A stretch of 64,000 nucleotides of DNA from Eutreptiella sp. 'Long Island Sound 2002' (taxonomy: Eukaryota; Protista; Euglenida). Positions 58,345 to 64,000 of the stretch are shown piece after piece; position 1 is the first letter of the stretch; every line of letters starts with the position of its first letter. A program made the translations under genes and the position numbers. Under the pieces are notes generated by a model that made no database searches, was not told the origin of the DNA, and saw only the letters and a program-made list of their open reading frames with translations. The stretch spans positions 156,736,001 to 156,800,000 of the forward strand of contig OZ038378.1 in the NCBI GenBank assembly GCA_964036045.1, in the 5' to 3' direction.

Positions 58345-61300
58345 AACAACCAGCACAACCCCCAATACGCCAGCCACTGGGCGCCGCTGACGCGCAAACG
58401 GCACATCCCGCCACAACCGGCACAGCCCCAACACACCAACGACTGGGCTCCGCGAACGCGGAAACAACACCAGCAAGAGCACCGGCCGCAGCGGCCGACA
58501 GAACGCAGCGACCCGACGCCACATGCGAAGGGAAGAACAGGTGACTGTCCAGGGCCCCGTAAAGAGACAACACCCCGACGGAATGTCACAGGAGCGCCAT
58601 CAGACAGGGGGAGGAGCAACACAGACACACAGAACGCGGGAGCCACACCAGAAGGGACAAGGGCGAGCACAGCAGACAAGGAGGAGGGGCACAGCAAGGC
58701 AGGAGAAGCAACCAGAACAACGGGAACAGGGAACCAGAATGGAGCGGATGGGAGAGCGTGCGCATGTGAGGCAGCGACAATAAAGGGGATGGCTTGGCCA
58801 GCCAGCCCTGTCGCTACCGGGTGCCAGGGCAACCCCTGCTCAACCGGCATCAGGTGGGGGGTGTCTCCTGCAGCCCAGATGGGCTGTTTGCGCAACAGGA
58901 GTGGGAGCCCTTCAGGGGCAGACCAGCCGTGAGGGGGAAAAGGACATATGGTGGACGGCCGGGACAGCGCGTGGAGGAACAGGGCACCTGGGCCTCACGC
59001 ACACAGAAACACAGCGAGGCAGGGCTATGGACAGCCTGTGGACAGAGGCGCGTGGACAGCAAAAACCGTCAAACAACCCCGGCAACAACCAGCACAACCC
59101 CCAATACGCCAATTATTGGGCGCCGCTGACGCGCAAACGGCACATCCCGCCACATCCAGCACAGCCCCGGCACACCAACGACTGGGCTCCGCGAACGCGG
59201 AAACGACACCAGCAGGAGCACCGGCCGCAGCGGCCGACAGAACGCAGCGACCCGACGCAACATGCGAAGGGAAGAACGGGTGACTGTCCAGGGCCCCGTC
59301 AAGAGACAACAACCCGCCGGAATGTCACACGGGGGGGGGGGGGGGGGGCAGAGGCCAAAAAGAGTTGATGTACCGAAAATCAGCCTCAAATTTCCGGCCC
59401 CTTTGATGAATGTTATTTTTTGCTGCAGGAATTTTTTCTGATGTGGCTGAGGGGGGTCGGCCGCGGCTGGCTTGCCCCCCCCCCCGGGGGGGGTCACTAA
59501 GCCATGGCCTGGTCCTGGGGCATGGGGTTGTGTGTTGGTGATGGGGCTCGATTGTACTTCCGATTTGAAAGCCTGTCCTCCGATGAGGGGGGGGGGGGTG
59601 CTCCATCCCGACGCCTGGGGCCCTGTGGTGGGAGGGGACTCCGTCCCCACGTGGGGGGGTAGGGGCCCCATCATCACAGACCCGCATGCAATGGGACCGA
59701 CCCCCCCTCCCCCACCGCACTACCCCTGCGCAGGAGGAAGGACAGGCCCCGGTGCAGTGGAATGGACCCTCCTTCCCGTCGCGGGGGGGGGGGCGCACCG
59801 TGCGCCGTGCGCGCGCGGCGCGAAAAGGCGGCTGTTTTCCACCCCCGGTGGCCACGGGTCCCAGGATCCTGAATTCTGCGCCCCCGATGCGGTTTTGAAT
59901 GGATCATGACCGCTTCTGTAGGGGGGTGGTTTGCGGGGGTGTTCCCGGGATGAACAACATAATAATTGGCGCCGCGCGCGCGCTGTGCGAAACCGCCCCC
60001 ACAGGCCCCTTCGTAAGTCGGGGGCGACCGGGCCGCGCTTTGGTCGGCTCTGGCGCGGTCTGAGGCTTCGCTCGCCGCTTCCCTCGCGCTGCCCACAGGC
60101 CCCACTTGCTCAGCCGGTGCCCCTGCGCCCGGCAAGTGCCCCGCCTCCCCCGTGCCCCACCAGTGCCCCCCCTCCGCAGCGCCCGCCGTCGCCCCCGTCC
60201 CCGCCACGGACCCCCCGCCCGGTGTCCCTCCGCCGCCCCCGGCCGCGCCCCCCCACCGGGCCCCCACCCCCCGGAACCGGATCCCCGCGGCCCCAAACCC
60301 GGACTCCGCCAGCGGCGCCGGCCACGCGCCGGATCCCGTTCACCGCACCGCCGCCCGCGACCCTTTGCCCCGCATCCCGCGCGCCACCCGCCCCCGCTCC
60401 TTCAGCGGCGCCGTCAGTAAGCCCGTCCCGCTCCTCAAGCGCCCGCCCCCCGCGGCGGTCGTCGGCGGCAGCGCCCCTCCCGCCCCCCCTCTGCCGCCCC
60501 CGCCCTCAGAGCCGGGCCCTGCCCCGACATCAGATCCCGCACTGCGGAGTCCTGCCGGTGCCCCTCCGGACTCGAACCCTCCCGCAGGCGCAACACTCAC
60601 AGACAGCCCCCGGGCCCCTGACACTGCGCCCGCAGACCCCGCCCCCGCCCCGGCGCCGGGCGCGGGTGCGGGTCCGGCCGCGGATCCGAGCCCGGCCGCC
60701 AAAGCGGGGGCGGATCCCGCCGCGCCGCCCCCGATTCCGGCCTCCGGCTTCACCCCCGCGAGCCCCGCTCCGGCCCCCGCCACAGCCCCGACGGCCGCCC
60801 CAGCCCCCGCCCGCCCCCTCTGCCCCACAACTGCCGATCAAAGCGGGGGCCGCGGCGCGACACCAGAAGACTGCCCGGCCCCTCCACACACACACCCCAC
60901 CCCAGCCCCTGCCACTGTGCAGGCCCCCAGTGACCCCGTAACTGTCCCGATCTCGATACCGGCGGACGGGGACCCTGCGGTGCCGCTCCCTCGGCACGCG
61001 GCCCCGTCGCCGCACGAGGGCGATAGTCCCGCCGCTCCGGGGCACACCAAAAGCCCCATCCCGCAGTCAACGGGCCCGGCTACTGACGCCGTCCCTGCCT
61101 CTACCCCCTCCGCGCCGCACACGGACCCCGCGCTCACCTGCACTTTGACCCCGGACCCGCGGCGCACAGAGCCTCCCTCCCCGGCCCCGGACCACGCTGC
61201 CGCTGCGACGCAGTGCGCGCGCGGCAGCCCTGACCCGGCCGCGCCCCCCCCTCCGCCCGCAGCACCATCCTCGCGTCCCGACCCTGTGGCTCCTCCCTCC

Positions 61301-62140
61301 ATCTCCGCCGTAGACCATGACGGCCATGGCCCTGTCCCTGCTCCCGTCCCTGCTTCCGAACCCACGGCGCAAAGACGAGGCTCTGCCTCTCCACCGCCGC
61401 AGGCGCCCGCCCCCTCGGCGGTGGGGGCCGCGCGCGGTGCCGGGCCCGAGCCCACGGCCGCACCCAACGCGAGTGACTTGACGGGGGCCTCCTCCGAGCC
61501 CCTGTCCGTATCCGCTGTGTCGCGCACCTGTTCCGAGATCCTGCTCGAAGAGCACCCCGCCACCAGCAGTCCGAGGCGCCAATCGGCGACTGCAGTCGCC
61601 GGGGCTCTGCAGGTTTGCGCATGAGGGCGGTGGATGCCTTTGCAGAGTGGCGGACGTCCGGGGGAGCGCAGGCGACAGGCATCGGGGGAGTGTGCACTGG
61701 ACCGGGGGGGTGGCGGTGGGGGTGCGTTGCGACGGTAGCGAGGCTATCGGTGCTATCGGTCGGCACATGGGAGGGTGCATGGGAGCAAAGATGGGAACAG
61801 GCCAGTCTTGCTTAACAACTCAGCATCTCCTGCGGGGGGGGGGGGGGTGGACAGAGGCGTGTGGACAGCAAAAACAGTCAAACAACCCCGGCAACAACCA
61901 GCACCCCCCCCAATACGCCAATTATTGGGCGCCGCTGACACGCAAACGGCACATCCCGCCACATTCAGCACAGCCCCGGCACACCAACTACTGGGCTCTG
62001 CGAACGCGGAAACGACACCAGCGGGAGCACCGGCCGCAGCGGCCGACAGAACGCAGCGACCCAACGCAACATGCGAAGGGAAGAGCGGGTGACTGTCCAG
62101 GGCCCCGTAAACGAGCAACAACCAGACGGAATGTCATACA
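58345..62140 (+). repeat. Cluster of three family R copies (58345-58590, 59040-59330, 61848-62140)
   Basis: Shared translation NNQHxPQYAxxWAPLTRKRHIPP...GRTGDCPGP; common 3' end atgtca(c/t)a. Confidence 0.9.
60152..61624 (+). CDS. Pro/Ala-rich low-complexity ORF (490 aa) upstream of an R copy; coding status uncertain
   Basis: Long stop-free frame, but the region is very GC-rich and overlapping long ORFs exist in other frames. Confidence 0.25.
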   Translation: MPHQCPPSAAPAVAPVPATDPPPGVPPPPPAAPPHRAPTPRNRIPAAPNPDSASGAGHAPDPVHRTAARDPLPRIPRATRPRSFSGAVSKPVPLLKRPPPAAVVGGSAPPAPPLPPPPSEPGPAPTSDPALRSPAGAPPDSNPPAGATLTDSPRAPDTAPADPAPAPAPGAGAGPAADPSPAAKAGADPAAPPPIPASGFTPASPAPAPATAPTAAPAPARPLCPTTADQSGGRGATPEDCPAPPHTHPTPAPATVQAPSDPVTVPISIPADGDPAVPLPRHAAPSPHEGDSPAAPGHTKSPIPQSTGPATDAVPASTPSAPHTDPALTCTLTPDPRRTEPPSPAPDHAAAATQCARGSPDPAAPPPPPAAPSSRPDPVAPPSISAVDHDGHGPVPAPVPASEPTAQRRGSASPPPQAPAPSAVGAARGAGPEPTAAPNASDLTGASSEPLSVSAVSRTCSEILLEEHPATSSPRRQSATAVAGALQVCA

Positions 62141-63217
62141 GGGGGGTCTGACCCCCCCCCGCCCTCTGACCCGCCCCCTCCTCCTTAAGGAATTGGGCAA
62201 ATTTTTCTCCGGGCCTTCGGCCACTCAAAAAAATTTTCTGGCGCCTTCGGCGCAAGTCCGTTTTAGGCCAAAAAATTTGTTCAGCGCCTTCAGCGCCTCC
62301 AACAACTCAGGGCTCCTGAGGGGGGGGGGTCCCCCCCACAGCCCCCCCCCCACCCCGACGGAAAACTCTGGAACAGGCAAACGAATGTGTATAGGGTTGG
62401 GCACAGGAGTAGGGGTTGTGGATAGGGGTGTGGTGCCGATGGGAGGGGGATGGAATGGAGGTACTGTCGGTTAGGAACTGCCTAGACACCCCCCCCCCCC
62501 TGTCTATGGCTGCTTTGTAAGCATGGCTTTGTAAGGGACGCACATGGGGGCCGTCACAACCACCGCTCCTTTTGCGCGCGCTGCATACCGGCCCGGGCAC
62601 TTGTGCTTGTGCAGACTGGTCCGATGCCTTTGAGGCCCTGGCCGGACTGTCGGCAGTTTTGACCGGTTGGCAGAGGAACGGAGGGAGGGAAGCAGAACGA
62701 GATGCGGGCACAGTGTGACGATGAGGACGTGCCTCGTGGCTGTCAAGCAGCAGAGGGCGAAGCAGTAGTGCCTGTGCGCGAATGGCCCGTCGGTTGCGGT
62801 GGAAGTGCGCTGCGAGCAGACCACCCCCCGAGATTTGTGGCGTAGTCGGTTCGTTCTGGTCTGGTCGGTCTGTAGGTTCTCGGCGGAGTGCGCCCTCCGC
62901 GTTGTACAGAGCCTGTGAAAGGCGCGTAGGGGGTACCACGGCTGCGCTTTCGTTTGTGCTGTTGACGTGTTGTGCCTCTGATGTCAATGACATGACTTTA
63001 CTATGGGGAGGGTGGTGCGGTCTATTCCGCGGGTTTGAGGGAGGATTGTGCCACACCACCGGTCGGGGGGCTGAGCGAAGGGAAATGCCGTATGGATCTT
63101 CAATGTCTTGACCACCACAACCCGCTGCCGATGGAGACACAGAAATGGTGGGGCCAAGACAGTGGCTTGGCGGACCTTCCGGAGAAGATCGACACTGCAT
63201 CGTGCGGTGAAGAATAC

Positions 63218-63273
63218 ACGGGTGACTGCCCAGGGCCCCATAACAAAACCACAGATGGACTATATGTCACACA
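63218..63273 (+). repeat. Family R short copy, followed by a ~60-bp repeat also found at 23105-23166
   Basis: acgggtgactgcccagggcccc...atgtcacaca; then tggcacaaggccttggtggttggctctgt(t/c)agcc...cctattggcctctcgcc. Confidence 0.8.
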
Positions 63274-63723
63274 GGGGGCGGGGGGGTGGCACAAGGCCTT
63301 GGTGGTTGGCTCTGTTAGCCTGGCGGCGCCTATTGGCCTCTCGCCAGGGGGGGGGGGGGGGGGGTCACGGGTCGCTGAGCTGTGTGAGGCCTGGCATCAC
63401 CGCAGGGCTCATCCAGGACCCCGAAAATAGGCTCAAGACATGCCCAAACGGTTCGCCTTCGGTTGAAACGAGCGGTCCAACACCTTGAGAGCCCTCAGGA
63501 AGACCTGCCCTGTGTGTGCGGCCCCGGAACCCCGTGAATCAGGCCTCGGATGGTGAGCCCTGGTGGACTGCCACCCCCCGAGCGACCCATGGCGGGTGGC
63601 TCCATGGATGTGTGCTCCGTGCTGGGGGGTCAAAGTCGGGTGGGAGCCTTTCGACCGTGTGGCCTGCCGCTGGCAGTGCGCGTGTCATGTCATCAGACGA
63701 AACAATTTCCTTTTCGGTTGCAG

Positions 63724-64000
63724 TCAGGGACCGTCCTGCCTCTGCTCAGGAGCCGGCACCGCACGAGGAGGACGGCGAAACAGGCCTGGACAGCAGCATG
63801 GCTCGGATCGATGCCATCAATTCGCTGGTCGCGCAGCTGCAGATTGAAAAGGACACGCTGCAGCAGGACCAGGTCTCCCTCAGGTCGTCCATTCGGATGC
63901 TTGAAGGCGCACTTTCTGCGGAAGCTCAGGCCCATCGCACCACGTGGCTTATGCTACAGCAGGCGCATGGGGAGAGGCTGTCCCACTCCCGCAGTTTGAT
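63724..64000 (+). CDS. Exon of a coiled-coil-like protein, open at the window end
   Basis: Acceptor tttccttttcggttgcag|. The frame RDRPASAQEPAPHEEDGETGLDSSMARIDAINSLVAQLQIEKDTLQQDQVSLRSSIRMLEGALSAEAQAH... has no stop to 64000, so it is absent from the ORF track. Confidence 0.55.

Noticed and set aside
57421-61815. The many overlapping long ORFs in both strands
   Set aside because: High GC and interspersed repeats explain the lack of stops; no domain motifs.
62500-63135. Minus-strand ORF as a host gene
   Set aside because: No motif, interrupted by repeats at both ends; unsupported without expression data.

Overview
Eukaryotic nuclear DNA, repeat-rich, standard code, canonical GT-AG introns of 0.6-12 kb. 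The gene content suggests a euglenid/euglenozoan (inference only). Well-supported host genes: (1) an intronless membrane-anchored STE11/MAPKKK-type kinase (3470-5578, +); (2) a plant/trypanosome-type ATP-dependent 6-phosphofructokinase split over at least 5 exons (19387-~36875, +). Weaker candidates: an 80-aa signal-peptide ORF, a 188-aa T/P/V-rich protein with a repeated LDxADxxxDxKFxG motif, EGF-like and TM fragments, and an open coiled-coil exon at the window end. The rest is nested mobile DNA: a broken hAT transposase with two insertions, Penelope-like RT and GIY-YIG remnants, MITE and retro-type repeats bounded by G/C runs, and a 41-bp satellite of ~71 units. The most unusual structures lie in the 12.3-kb PFK intron 3. 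The first is a 3344-bp element (23997-27340) with 24-bp TIRs and a 5-bp TSD, punctuated by 12 copies of a 22-bp palindrome (GTTTCACTGTYRACAGTGAAAC) that separate unrelated segments. The second is a 5.6-kb tyrosine-recombinase (DIRS-class) retroelement with convergent gag-YR and RT-RNaseH halves around a central copy of the end-to-end junction. Coordinates were indexed by hand and may be off by a few nt; no database searches were run.
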